A stretch of DNA of 64,000 bases from Rhizodiscina lignyota (taxonomy: Eukaryota), in assembly GCA_010015805.1 (NCBI GenBank), contig ML978127.1, forward strand, positions 1,736,001 to 1,800,000. Reading direction: 5' to 3'. Numbering within the stretch: the stretch's first letter is position 1; the number at the start of each line of letters is the position of its first letter. Shown here in pieces: positions 35,927-48,365 of this stretch. Made by a program: the position numbers and the translations under genes. Under the pieces are notes generated by a model. That model was not told the origin of the DNA and did not search any database. It saw only the letters and a list, made by a program, of their open reading frames with translations.

Positions 35927-38530
35927 TCACTTCTTCACGCGGAGACCGCCCGTTGCGCGCCGGAATGTGTCTTGTCCGTCCTCCAACATCTTCTTGCGCG
36001 CCTCCAAGAAGGTGCGCTTCTGAGTCACGTCTGCGGGCTCCGCCGCAATGTACGAGATCTCATCATCTGTCATCTGGGCAATGATGATGGGAGACAGGAC
36101 GTTCTCTGGAAGGGTATCGACAAGGTGACGCTCGATCACTTGTTTAGTTATGACGTCAGTGAAGTACTTCCGCTCGCTCTTGTAGTACGCCAACATGGCA
36201 TCAAGCGCTTCCTCGGCGGAGAACTTGTCCATATCAAGCTCGACCTGATTGTCAATCTTGCCCTGCAGCGTGGTAACATCGACCATGCTAACGTACGCGC
36301 CGGTGTTGTGCTCCCTGACCGAGCGTCTGCTCTGATCGGTCAACTTCTTGAGCGCATTGTCCCGTTTCGCGCGTCTCATCTTCTGGATCGTCATGGTGTA
36401 GTAGTGATTGTAGGTAATCGGATGGCGTTGCTTATCAGCAATGACCTTCTTGAGTTCCGCTCGAGCCTCCTTGAGTGCTTCCTTGAGTGCTGATTCGACC
36501 CGAACATCTTGAAGACGGGCCTCGATGTCGTTGGACGTAACTTTCTGAAGGACCTTACAAACAAACTCTTGGCATGCGTCCGCCACATTGTTAATGTGTT
36601 CCATGGCCATGGTTTCCCAAGGAGACGACTGCTCCCAAAAGAGCTCGCTGATCAGCATAGGGTTGAAATTTCCAGGAAGTTCACGGCCACGAGTGCGCCG
36701 AAGGATATCCACAACCCAATTCACTGCCTCTTCCTTAGTGATCTTCTTTGGCACATGGGACACAACATCCATAGGTGCCTCAATATGGGATAGACCACTA
36801 GAATCATTCTCGTCTTCATCATCCAGTTCTTCGTTGTCAATGATGCACCCATTTTGGTTAGTGATGACGTATTTGCCGCCGGTCAGACGCATGCGTTCTG
36901 CAAACTGGAGATTGAGATGCTGAACAACGGCGCGAAGTCTCTTGATATTGTCTCCAGTGTCAATGCTCTGGTCTCTGGTAATACCGCCGAAAAAGGTTCC
37001 TTCGTAGTGACCTTGCACTGCAGACTTGAAGATATCGTGAGTAGCCAATCCAAGCGTTATGAGATACTGCTTTTGCTCCGCAACTGTGGCCCGACTCTTA
37101 CCCATCCGAGAGAGCAGGCACAGGTCTCTTCGAGCTTCTTCTCTAGCTCTTTCTTCAGCCCAGGGAGCTCCGTCTTTAGATGATCACTCAAAGTTCGGCT
37201 GAGTCTCGTGCGAAGAGATGCGATGCCGACAATGTTACGATCGAGCTCATTGTAACTGCCCTTGCTGAAGAAGTCAGCCTCGGCCGCATTTCGCTTCTCG
37301 AAACTCTACTCCTCCTTTTCATCGCCACGATTCTTAAGCATGTGCCAACCCAGCTTGAAGAAGACCTCCTTGTTCTGGGCCAGATCGATCCAGTTGAGCT
37401 CGTTTTCGGACCCAGCACGGAGGAAATCTGGTTTCGTGATAATGCCCATTGTGCGATTGTAGTCCGGATCCGCCTTCTTGGCCTTATTCGTTATGGCTTG
37501 GTTCGCATAGTCGTTCTTTGCTGATACAACGGCGAGGATAATGGTACGTGGGTTCGAAATGTACTCCTCCACAAGACTGTGGATGAGCTCCACGTCACGG
37601 GTACTCTGTGATTTGCTCTCGGCGTGAATTAGACCAGGCAGGTCGACAAGGGTCCTGTGTGTAACTTGATTAGCTCTGAAATGGCCGAAGAGAAATGAGG
37701 ACTAACAGTTGAGGACGGCTAGGGCCTGTGATCTCAATGCTAAGTACATCTCGCGAAAATGCTCGTGGTGCTCCAATGTCTGTCGCGTTCAGGCCCATGA
37801 GCTCAGTGGCTTCTTCGATCAGGCCGGGTAGTTCAGAAAAGTCTTCGATTTTCCTGCTGAACTCGCGAAGACTTTTCTGCTCCGACTGCAGTCTGCTTTT
37901 ATCGGGCGTGATTTTGGTAGAGATTGTAGACGCGTGATCCCGACGAAGAACGATCTCGGTTGCGAAACGCGTACAGAGGTTCTCTTTACGCGGAAAGGGA
38001 ATTTCGGTGATTGCTTCAAGGACCTATCCACGCGTCGAGTTGATTAGCAGGCGTTGTTGTTATGCATCATAGCAAGAGATACTCACCGAGCTCTTTCCAG
38101 AAGACTGATCGCCGCAGACAACGATTTGCGGGAGCTCAAGGACAGTGCTCAGACCTGTACGTCGAAGCTTATCGACAATGTCCATGATCTTGCGCTGTTC
38201 GGTGCCCTGAAGTGCCTCAAGTGATACGTTGGAAAGCAACTTACCGTCTACATTACGAATCTCCGGCTTGTGTGCCGCCTCATTGTTTGCGTCAGTCATG
38301 ATTTCTGGCGCTTCAGTTGGCGTGGAGGCCAGAGTTGGTGCGAGAAAGCGTTTGGAAGAAGGAGAAGAAGTGAGAATTCTGAGTTCCGGAAGAGACTCTG
38401 AGAGCAGGGTGTTGGTGTTAGGCGATGTTGGCTCTGGGCCAAACAAAAAATGGAAAGCGTCTTCCCACTCAGAGTCGGAATTCGCAAGGTGAGGTGCTTC
38501 AGGACGAGCCCGTCTGTTGGAGCGTGACAT
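35927..38530 (-). pseudogene. Dynamin-superfamily (Mx-like fungal) GTPase gene with in-frame stop and frameshift; introns 38024-38086, 37655-37706
   Basis: LPQIVVCGDQSSGKSSVLEAITEIPFPR, CTRFATE, LTLVDLPG, TKPD and PITYNHYY motifs. TAG at 37306-37308 inside coding-like sequence; 1-nt frame change near 37115-37120. Confidence 0.85.
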
Positions 38531-39609
38531 TCTTATGTGTCCGGGTCAATCCAGTATGCTTGCTTCAGCTGTTTTGACTTTGCTAGAAATTCAGGGAAAT
38601 TGAAGAATGCTGTTGGCCGTGCCGGCAAGTTCCAGAACAACTGATGGGGAAGGTGCAAGCATGGAAAGTGCTTGTGGCTCCGCCCAGATACTTGTCACCT
38701 CACAGGTGAGAACATTCATTTGGAATTACTGGTGCAGTTCCCGTCAAACGCGTTTGCACGGAGAGCATCACAAACGAACGCACTGTAGTGTCGATTGGGG
38801 CGCATGGGAAGCCGGCAGCGTGCATGTAGGCGTTGTCTTACGACGAACCATAGTGTGAATGGCCTCAGGTGAGGACCAGTACGATAGTAAATACCTCTAT
38901 CAGTTTGAGACTGGCGATTGAGCCGCCGAGATGCGAAGTTAAGTTGCCCGCGAGTGAACAGCGTCTTAAGCCACTCTATTACAGTCACCTTTGGACTCTT
39001 CCAAGAAGCTTCCGCATATTGGTGAGTTTACATTCGAGGCTGTCCGGGAGTAGCTTGCAAGGCCTGCCTTAGAAGATTTGCTTCTCGTTGTCGTGTAAAA
39101 GCGACGCCGTTGCGGGAAACTCGCTCCTTTGTACAGTGTCTCATGCCGGCTCTCTTTTCGCAATCCACCAGCATCAAGTTTCTTAAGTGGGATGGCGTGA
39201 GCCAGAAGCATGCTGAAAGAGAGCGTGAATTGCTGAAGGCGCAGAGTGAAAAGGAGTGACGTTGAAGGATTGCCGGGCAGGGGTGCTCGTTCGGGGCTAG
39301 CCTCGCGCCGCTCCGCGGGTGTTCTTCTCGAAGACCCTCGACGCCTCAGAGCATTCGAGAAAGGCGTTCCGCACCGCAACACCGTTACATAACTCTCCCC
39401 ATCGCCTCCCCTTCCACCCTTTTCCATTTCCCCTTCGTAACCCATCTCCTCATCCTAAACCCGTATCGCCAATCGTACTCCGTTTTGAGCATGGCGTGAC
39501 CTCGTCGTGTGCCTCTCCTCCCCGAATCTCGTTATCCAGAAATTCTCCCGGTTCCCACGAATTTGGCCTCCAACCTGTTCCCTCCGAGAACAACGCCGTA
39601 CTTGCAGCA

Positions 39610-42600
39610 ATGGCTACTGAAACATCCACTAATGGTGGTAATTCCATCATTGACCCTCTGGCTCCCGAGCAGACCTACACTGTCGACGCTTCCAAGAAGG
39701 ACACCTCGCATAAACCGACCATCGAGGATGTGATCGACGAAGAAGATCTTGAGCATCCACCACCTTCTATGCATCTCGAACCCGGCAAAACAAACAATGA
39801 TAGTGCTTCTGGTGCAGAGACTGTCCTTTCTGAGAAGGCTGCTGGCAAGCAAAAGGCGGTTGATGAGCCAGCTGCGGAGGCACCCAAGCCCGCTCCAAAG
39901 CTCGATGTCACCTCCGAGGAGGCATTCCCAGCTCTCGGAGCGCCAAAGGGAAAGGCGGCTGCATCTGTCTCTTCGGCATGGGGCAAGAAGCCAACAGCTG
40001 CCGGCGCTAATGGAATCAATGGCGGTGTCAACGGCAAAACACCCACCAGCGGCATCTCGTCTCGATCCTCCACGCCAGCATCGGGCATGCGTACGCCTGC
40101 ATCGATGGTACCACCTCAGATGGGCGCTGGACGAGGTCCGCAAGGCATCAGTCTTCCCGGCCGTCACTCCGACTACATTCAATTCGCTCCATCCGAACTG
40201 ATCCCGCCGAACCAGCTGAAGTCATCGAGACAGGAGGTCATCAGGGATATCAATCGCAAGTCAAAGGCCAAAATTGAGATGAAGCCTGGCTTGACAGGAA
40301 ATACCATCATGTTCTCTGGAACTGGACCCCAAGAATCTGTTCGGGAAGCTCTCCGCGAGGTCGCGTCAAAACTCGGCTCCAAGGTAAGGGACTGCTCTGA
40401 CTCCCACACTTCATATAGGATACTGACCATGTGTAGCAAACGGTCAAAGTCCCAATCCCAGCCTCTGTCCGTCCTCACATCATCGGCCGTGGTGGTGCAA
40501 CGATCCAGGGTATCAATAAGCGAACTGGTGCAAGAATCCAGGTGCCAAAGCAAGACGAAGGCCCCGATACCATGGAAGATGACAGCGCAACCATTGATGT
40601 GATCGTTGAAGGCGATGCGATTGCTTGTGGATTGGCGAGGCGTGATATCGAGAGCATTGTCAATGAGAAGACCTCCACCGTCAATCTGCGCCTGAAGGAG
40701 ATTCCACCAGAGTACTACCCATTCATTGTGGGACCATCCAATGCAGGAATAAACGCATTGGAGGATGGTCGCGATGTTCGCGTTCAGGTTCCGAACTACT
40801 ACCAATGGGCAGATCAGGCTCCGACGCCGCCCCCTGGCCAAGGTCAGCCTGCAACATTCACTCCTCAAGCGCGCCATCCGATCTCTATTTCGGGCGACCG
40901 CCAGCATGCTCAGGAAGTACAAGCAGAGTTGGAGCGTCAGGTAGAGCAGTTGCGCCGCCAGCTCACTATGGATCAGATGGATGTGGAGCGTGGTCGACAT
41001 CAGTTCATCGTTGGCAACCGAGGACCGTCCCTGCAGGACTTCCTTGAAGAAACTGGATGCTCGGTTATCTTGCCACCGCCTGGAGATGACAGTGAGGTTC
41101 TTACCATTGTTGGGCCTGCAGACAAGATTGAAGCTGGTATGAACAAGGTCATGGATCTCGCTACAAGCATGTCTATGGCGAGTGTGGATATTGCTCGCCA
41201 ACATGCGCAAACTGCTCCAGACCCGCAGATGCATGCTCGCAACCTTACGCGATACTTACAGCAACGACAAGCACTCGAGCAACTGGAGCGCATGCACAAC
41301 ACTAGCATCGTATGTCCCGAATGCCGCTCTGGTGGCCCGACGGCTTGGGAAGTCTTCGCACAGGATGGCAAGAATACCATGCGCGCACGCAATGATATCA
41401 TGCAATTGATCAACGCTCATCCCCCATCAAGGACAAGGAACCTAAACGTTGATCCCTTCTTCCACGAACATCTTCAGCAGCAATACGCTCAACAGCTTCG
41501 TCGAGAATTTGGTGTGCACGCTTTGTTCCCCCAGCCAGAAGAAGTGGATGACTTCCCGCACATCGTTCTAGTCTATGAAGCCCCTGGAACTCCGTCAGAC
41601 TATGAATTGCCTCGTCGCCAAGGCCAACCATCTGCCGCTGAAGTTAAGGAGTTCGAGAAAGCCCTTGCTCAAGCCGAACAGCAGATCATGGAGCTTATCC
41701 AATCGCAGCAAGACGTTGCATTGCGCCAGGTTGATGCGAATCCCAAATTCCATGACAAAGTTAAGAGATACGTCGATCGTGAGCAAGCTACTCTCTCTCC
41801 GGATCAATTCCCTGTACAACTCCTCTTCAATCCTTCGCCTCCTTCGGGCCCTCAACAGCAACGACGACCTAGTGGAGTCCAAGTACGGGGTCCAAGCCCT
41901 GCAGTTGACGATCTTACTGCTAAGATCTTGGCATTCCTGGAACAAGAGGAGAAGGACGAACTGGAGCGTGGCTACACGATGTCGTTCGAATTCCCAAGCA
42001 AGTTTGCCAACTTCTTGATCGGCAAGCGCGGCGAGAACATCAAAAAGCTGCGCGACGAGTTCGATGTCGACATCCAGGTCGCAGATGGCAAGGTCGATCT
42101 CAAGGGTCCGCAGGCCAAGTGTGAAGCTTGCAAGAAGGATATTCTGAAGAACTTGCAGAAGTGGCAGGATGAGACAACACACGTTCTCAAGATCAAGCCG
42201 CAGTACCATCGCGATCTCATTGGTGCCCGTGGTAGCCAAGTCAATCGCCTTCAGGACCGCTACAGCGTGCGCATTAATTTCCCTCGCTCGGTACAGATCA
42301 ATGACGATGCTACGGATGCTGGTACCGAGGTTGGTAGTGTTCGTAATGCCGGCAGACCCATGCAGGGTCCGGACGAGGTTGTCATCAAAGGTCCTAAGAA
42401 GGGCGCTGATGAGGCTCGCGAAGAGCTGCTCAACCTATTGCAGTACACCATCGACAACTCCAATATCGCGACAGTCTCCGTTTCCCCGGAGCAGATTCCC
42501 AAGCTCATTGGCCAAGGTGGTCGTGAGATGGACAATCTGCGTGTGACCACGGGTTGCCAGATCGATGTTCCTTCCGCTCGTGACCCGACTGGGCCCGATG

Positions 42601-43821
42601 GAAGGGCAGAGATTAGGCTCAAGGGTAGCAAGAAGCAGGTTGAAGAGGCCAAGAAGCTCCTGCAAGAGCGTGTCAAGGTATTCGACGAGACAGTCACGAA
42701 GACTATTGAAGTCGACAAGAAACATCACAAGTCGCTCATTGGCTCTGGTGGTAAGCTGAACAAAGTACATTTTCTCGTTCTTATTTTACTAACTCATAGC
42801 AGGCTCGAACATCCGCGACATCGTCATCCGCGCTGGCGGCCCATCCGACTCCCGCTCGCTTGCGCGCACCGTCCGCTTCCCGCCTCCCAACTCCGATGAG
42901 TCGACTATCCGCGTTGAAGGTTCTGCAGCAGTTGTCGATAAGATTGTTGCTGAACTCACGTCCTATGCTGAGCAGCGTGCCACGCAAGTCACGGACTCTA
43001 TTGCCGTACCCCCAGAGAAGCACCGTCTCCTCATCGGCCGTGGAGGTGAGACACGCCGCGCACTGGAATCGCAATTCAACGTCAGCCTAGACATCCCGAA
43101 GCAAGGCACACAAGGTGAAGCTGCTGGACAAGTCAAAGTCACCGGTCAGCCTTCTGATGTCGAGAAGGCCAAAGCGCATATCGAGTCCCTCGTCAAGGGA
43201 CAGGAAGGCGTTACGGTGAACGTACCCAAACCTCTTCATCACCACATCGCGGATGGTGGCCAGTTCTTCCGTCGTCTGCGCAACGACCACCGTGTCACTG
43301 TCGACCATGCCGGCGCACAGCTCCCTCCCAGGCCTACTGGAGGTGCTGAAGCACGCGGTCGCGTCAACGGCGGCGCTCTCCCGCTCATCACTGATGATCC
43401 GGGTAAGGCTGCCGACGCACATAGCTGGGAGGTTGTTGAAACGCATTCTGGTCTTCCTGACGATTCTACTGAGACAATCCCATGGGTTCTGCGCGGCCCA
43501 ACCGAGGGCGTCGAGAAGGCACAGAAGCAACTTGAGAAGGCGATCGAGGAGGCAAAGAAGCCTTCTGTGACGGGCTACTTGATCTTGCCGGATCCGAGGA
43601 GCTACCGTTTTGTTGTCGGCCCCGGCGGTAGTGGCGTCAACGGGGTGAGGAGAAAGACCAGTACGCAGGTTAAGGTGCCGAGGGGTGGTCCCGGCGCTGG
43701 TAACGGCGGTGGCGAGGCTATTGAGGTCGTGGGTGGGAAAGATGATGTGGAGAAGGCAAAGGAGATGATTCTCGAGCTTGTCAAGGAGGGTGAGGCCAAC
43801 AATGGTGGGCGCAGAGGCTAG
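39610..43821 (+). CDS. SCP160: Vigilin / Scp160 multi-KH-domain RNA-binding protein (~1,370 aa); introns 40384-40436, 42751-42802
   Basis: SEEAFPALG N-terminal motif and many GxxG KH loops (IIGRGG, LIGKRG, LIGARG, LIGQGG, LIGRGG, VVGPGG). Confidence 0.93.
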
Positions 43822-44405
43822 GCATATTGGAGGTTAGAGAAAGTTGTTCGACTTGGTGTGATGGGGAAGACAGTCTTGGGTGTGAGTTGGTACGATGCAG
43901 AGGGTGATTCTGAGTGCGTGGGGGTAGACGGGCTGCCCGAAAAGTTTGTTGCATGTTGGTGACTGAATCATTTCGACGGCGTTTGACAATGGGCACTGAC
44001 TGGGCTTTGCAAACCCGTGTTTCCTGAGGTCGATCTCACTCGAACTCACTCTCCTGCTTGCTTGCTCGCGACTCTATTGACTTTCTTATCGTGTAGTTCC
44101 ATGATCAAATAAGACTATTTTCTAAATTGAGTTTGTCATGAAGTGTTGTCGATGGGAGTACGGTCTGTAGTAGAGTTTTCATTCCTACATTTGGAATTCT
44201 AGACACTATTTCACAAGGCTATCAAAACAACCAGATTGCGCGCAAGGCATCTCAGAACGTCCATTAAAATTCCTAACTGCACATCATAGAGCGTTGCTCG
44301 TATTCCAGCGTGTGCTGTACGAAGGCCACCAAGTCATTCACATCCAAGCTCCCACGAGCCCAATTAAAGGTCATCGCACTCGTAATCATGCTTTTCCAAA
44401 GTGCA

Positions 44406-45827
44406 CTACGACGGCTCCGAGACCTTCTCGGACACACGCCGAATCGACCTCGACCTCCGCGGCCTTCCTTTCGCAATGCGACTCTTTCCGGCCGCGCCAG
44501 GCGCATTGACGCCGTCAGGAAGTTCGGTGCCCAGCATAGAATAGTCTTCCGGGTACATCTGCAGGCGTTGCTTCTCCTCTGGGTACAGGCTCTTCTGTAC
44601 GAAGCGCAAGGTGATGGGGAACAGCCATACGAATACAGCGCTAATGAAGAAGACCGGAACGGCGGCGTAGACGTATTCTAACGGAGTGCCTGTAAAAGTC
44701 GTGATGCCCCATATGGATGCGAGGAAGGATATCGGTAAGAACAACGTCGCGATGGCAGACAGGAATCGCGAATCGTCTGATTGCTTTGCGTTTTCGATGT
44801 TGAACTCCAGGTCTGTTAGATTGCTGAATCGTTCCTTCAGAGCGTTGAGTTCGTAATCTGCTTGGTCGAGCTCTTCTGTCAGGTCATCCAGCTCCGAGAA
44901 GACTGGATCGTCATCATCACCGGATTGCGTCGACTGATTGTCCTTGTCCTTATCGTCCGGCTTGAGCTTGGATAATTTCTTTACGCAGTTGGAATGGAAA
45001 CGTAAGTACAAGAGCAGCTCGTAAATACGATCGATTTGGTGATGCATCGTCCGCGTCCGGAACTTTACTGGTGCGTATGCGTCTCGGCTGTTCTTCTCTG
45101 CTGCAGCCAGATGGCCTTCGAATTCTCGGATGACATTCTCCCAATCCGACAGAAGGTCAAAGAGTCGTAGGAATATGTAAGAGACATATTGCTCGTCTGA
45201 CCGGGGCGTGTTATAGTCGTGGTCCGAATACAGGAATGGGAAGAGAATCTGCGTCGCAACGTTGTGTGATACATCCGTTGGCTGGGTGAAGAGCATAGTC
45301 ACTGGTAGTCGTCGATTATATACGTATGCACCCTTTGAGCAGGTCCAGACGCCCAGTCTGAAGCGATAGGAATCCACCGGTGGTGTGTCTCCATGTTCTA
45401 CGGGTCGTTCATGAAACGACCAATAGAAGACATCGGGGACATTGACATAATCAACAATGAAGGTCCAGGGGAGCGCGAGCTTCTTCTGAAGCCGTCGATA
45501 CGTGTTCTCAGGAAATTTTAACGTGTCTGCAAAATGAGCCTCGCGATTCAATTCCTGTCGGTCGGACCAGACATTGTCGAAGCAGCGCTGGAGTACGTGC
45601 TCGAGCCATGGTTGATATGCATTGGCAATCAGCACGATCGGGTCGTCCGGATTGTTTTCCACAACGCGCCTTATGAGACCTTCGAACCGCTGGTCATCAT
45701 TCGGACCGGTAACGCGCAGATACAGATATTGGTCGGGACTCGAGCGACTGCCTACGCGGATGTCGATGGGATATTCGGGAAACTCGCGAGGACGATGTTT
45801 CAAGCGGCGGCCAGCTCGTCGGGACAT
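44406..45827 (-). CDS. CorA-like membrane protein with two C-terminal TM helices
   Basis: Helical region, then RFLSAIATLFLPISFLASIWGI and YVYAAVPVFFISAVFVWLF. ATG at 45827 assumed. Confidence 0.75.
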   Translation of the reverse strand: MSRRAGRRLKHRPREFPEYPIDIRVGSRSSPDQYLYLRVTGPNDDQRFEGLIRRVVENNPDDPIVLIANAYQPWLEHVLQRCFDNVWSDRQELNREAHFADTLKFPENTYRRLQKKLALPWTFIVDYVNVPDVFYWSFHERPVEHGDTPPVDSYRFRLGVWTCSKGAYVYNRRLPVTMLFTQPTDVSHNVATQILFPFLYSDHDYNTPRSDEQYVSYIFLRLFDLLSDWENVIREFEGHLAAAEKNSRDAYAPVKFRTRTMHHQIDRIYELLLYLRFHSNCVKKLSKLKPDDKDKDNQSTQSGDDDDPVFSELDDLTEELDQADYELNALKERFSNLTDLEFNIENAKQSDDSRFLSAIATLFLPISFLASIWGITTFTGTPLEYVYAAVPVFFISAVFVWLFPITLRFVQKSLYPEEKQRLQMYPEDYSMLGTELPDGVNAPGAAGKSRIAKGRPRRSRSIRRVSEKVSEPS

Positions 45828-46337
45828 GGAAGCGAGATCCCTCGGCCAAGAGATCAGTGCTTGGCGGATGAATAAGATGCGGCTAATGCGTGTGCAGATG
45901 CATAAAAATACTTGTGCTTGGCCTATTCCGAGCCGATTAAATGGCTTGGGAGCATCAAAACATTGCCAGGTAAATATTGACGCGTGTTTGGAGGATGAGG
46001 CTGGCGAGCGCTTGCGACAATGCTTACAGAGCTCAGCCCGAACGGCCGATATAAAAGCCACTCACGTGATAGTCAACAAACAACTGAGTTGGAGTTTATC
46101 CTCCGGCGAGGTAGAAGAGCAGCGCAGAATGTGTATGTTACAGCACCTGCTCAGGCGCTTTACGTGATCAGCTAAGGAAAGAGACTTATTGATCCCAGGT
46201 CGCCCAATGTTAGGACAGACCCGACGCAGCGCCCATATCTTACGCAATTTTCAACTTTTGCCCGCAATGCAATCAGTTTCTCGGTTCCAGCATGTGCAGA
46301 ATTGAACCGAGCATGACGATGCCCCATGGGGAGTGCT

Positions 46338-47133
46338 CTACTCCACGTCTGCTTCCTTGCCCTTGTCGAAGTTCTCGCCCTCCACAAGATCCGGAATATC
46401 GTCATCGTCATCATCGTCCTTCTTCTCTTCGCCGTTCTCGCCGCCCTTCTCCTTCTGCATGCTCTGGTAGCTTTCCGCAAGCTTGCGCAGCGAAGCCAGC
46501 GAGTCAGGACCGAGCTGGTTGAGGATACCCGGAACAAGCTCGGTGAGCTCCTTATCCTCGCCATTGCCGTAGATCGCGAAGGTGTTGGCAGGAACAGATG
46601 CATGGACTGCTCGATACGACTATATTAGCAAGACAGAATTCTCTTACGAACATTGCGCAGCCTGAGAAATTCTCATGACTGTTCACCTTAGCAAATGAAG
46701 GCTTCCGAAGACGTACCCTTTGGTGCCGAGAAGTGTATGACATTTCCGTCAGACTTGAACATGTTGACCTCCTCAATTGCCTGGATAGGCTGCACGTTGA
46801 GCTTCTTCAACGACGTCTGAAGCTTTTTGTCGTCGGTGCCGCTGCTCTTGTGGACCTTCTTGACTTTTCGCCTAGGAGTGCCCTTGCCGCTGTCGGGAGT
46901 AGTGAACGCGTCAATAAGTGCTTGCAACATTTTGACTGTAGAGCAAAGGCGAGGAATGAGGCGTAGAAGAGAGGTATGGTCATTTGTGGAGGAAGCCGTG
47001 GAGGTAGAGTGAAGAAATAGTTTGCTTACCCTGCAACACATTAGCAAAACATTACACTGGAGACTGTGAGGTACCAATTCTACTTACCAATGCGCACTTG
47101 CGCTTGCATCCGCGCGAGCTTTGCCTGATCCAT
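46338..47133 (-). CDS. EGD1: Nascent polypeptide-associated complex beta subunit (162 aa); exons 47133-47088, 47030, 46889-46717, 46606-46338
   Basis: [79 protein letters not shown]. Exon lengths sum to 489 nt. Confidence 0.95.
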
Positions 47134-48347
47134 GATGGCAGAGAAAGAGTGGAAGGTGGAGGTGAAGAGGAAATCTCGGTGTGGGTCTAAAGAAGCTAAA
47201 TCGCACTGACATATTAGCATTGACGAAAGGCAGAAGGGCCCAGGAAAATTACATACGGTTAATGGAAGATGCTTAGCAAGACATCACTGCCCGGAGTTGG
47301 ATTTGGGAGAGCTGGACGTTGCTTGTGCGTCGAGGCGTGTGATGCCCAGAAGATTGCAGCCACTGGAGGTGGTTTTACTCCGGCGCTGTCGTCTAAACTT
47401 CGGCTGTGGGGCAGGTACTCGCTTAGAGTAAATAATACTCGAGTGAAGATCCCTTCATGTCTCAACATGCAGACTGCTTCAACGTCTAGCTATTGCTTCT
47501 ATGTATCCGTCGGACACATCTAATGTCATTGGAACCCGACATATTCCAGCTCCGCAGTGTATCACACAGACACCTTCAAGTCAAAACTGAATCCCTACGC
47601 GCAAAGTACCTTCGGAGATCCGAACGCCGACCACGAACCCGTACAAAGGCAAAGACTCGAACGCTCGAGTGGACTCAGTTGAAAGTTGAACGTGCTGATA
47701 TCTATCAGCATACTTGTGGCGGAATTGAGCTCACCTGCAAAGCGAGCTAGACTTTGCATTAACATATATCTGTCATGGGCTTTGCTCATCTTGCCAGCGC
47801 CCATGTGGTGATAGACGTAATCGAAATAGCATTATTTTACGCCTCCATCGTGGATAAGTAGAGCAGTGCCTCTATAACTCCGATTCAGCTTGGACTTGGC
47901 GGAGCATGTAACAAGCACCCCTCTGCTAGGGAGAATTTGCTTGTGGTCCATTTTCAACACAGCATCCCATAGCCAATCCTCACCACTCAGCCGCCGTTCC
48001 AAATTGTCGTCCTGATGCATGTGCCCCGTTGAAGGATCATTCAAGCCCGCAAGTCATCTCGGCCGCCCGTTTCTACCGTGCTTGCTCTTTTTTCAGTCCT
48101 TTCGATTTCGATATGTATGTTCCCTCGTCCGTTCGTCTCTCCTATCAGCGATGAATTGCCCGCTGAGCTTTGAGTTGGTTGCTTCGAAGCTCATTTCCGT
48201 ACGGCCATGAATACTCCCCCCAGCCGCAGCTGTGAGGGGAGAGCCACAAAGAACCTACGACAAGACACTGGGAGTCAATTGGCCCCGGACGGTGATATGT
48301 AACTGTTGTTGATGGATGAATCATGATCGGTTGTTGAATGTTGTCGT

Positions 48348-48365
48348 AAACCCTAACCCTAACCC
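48348..48365 (+). repeat. Interstitial telomere-type repeat AAACCCTAACCCTAACCC
   Basis: About 3 units of the TTAGGG complement in the EGD1 / mannosidase intergenic region. Confidence 0.7.

Noticed and set aside
39319..39609. Open frame upstream of the SCP160 ATG as a non-AUG N-terminal extension
   Set aside because: The CT-rich leader explains the lack of stops; the translation is not protein-like.
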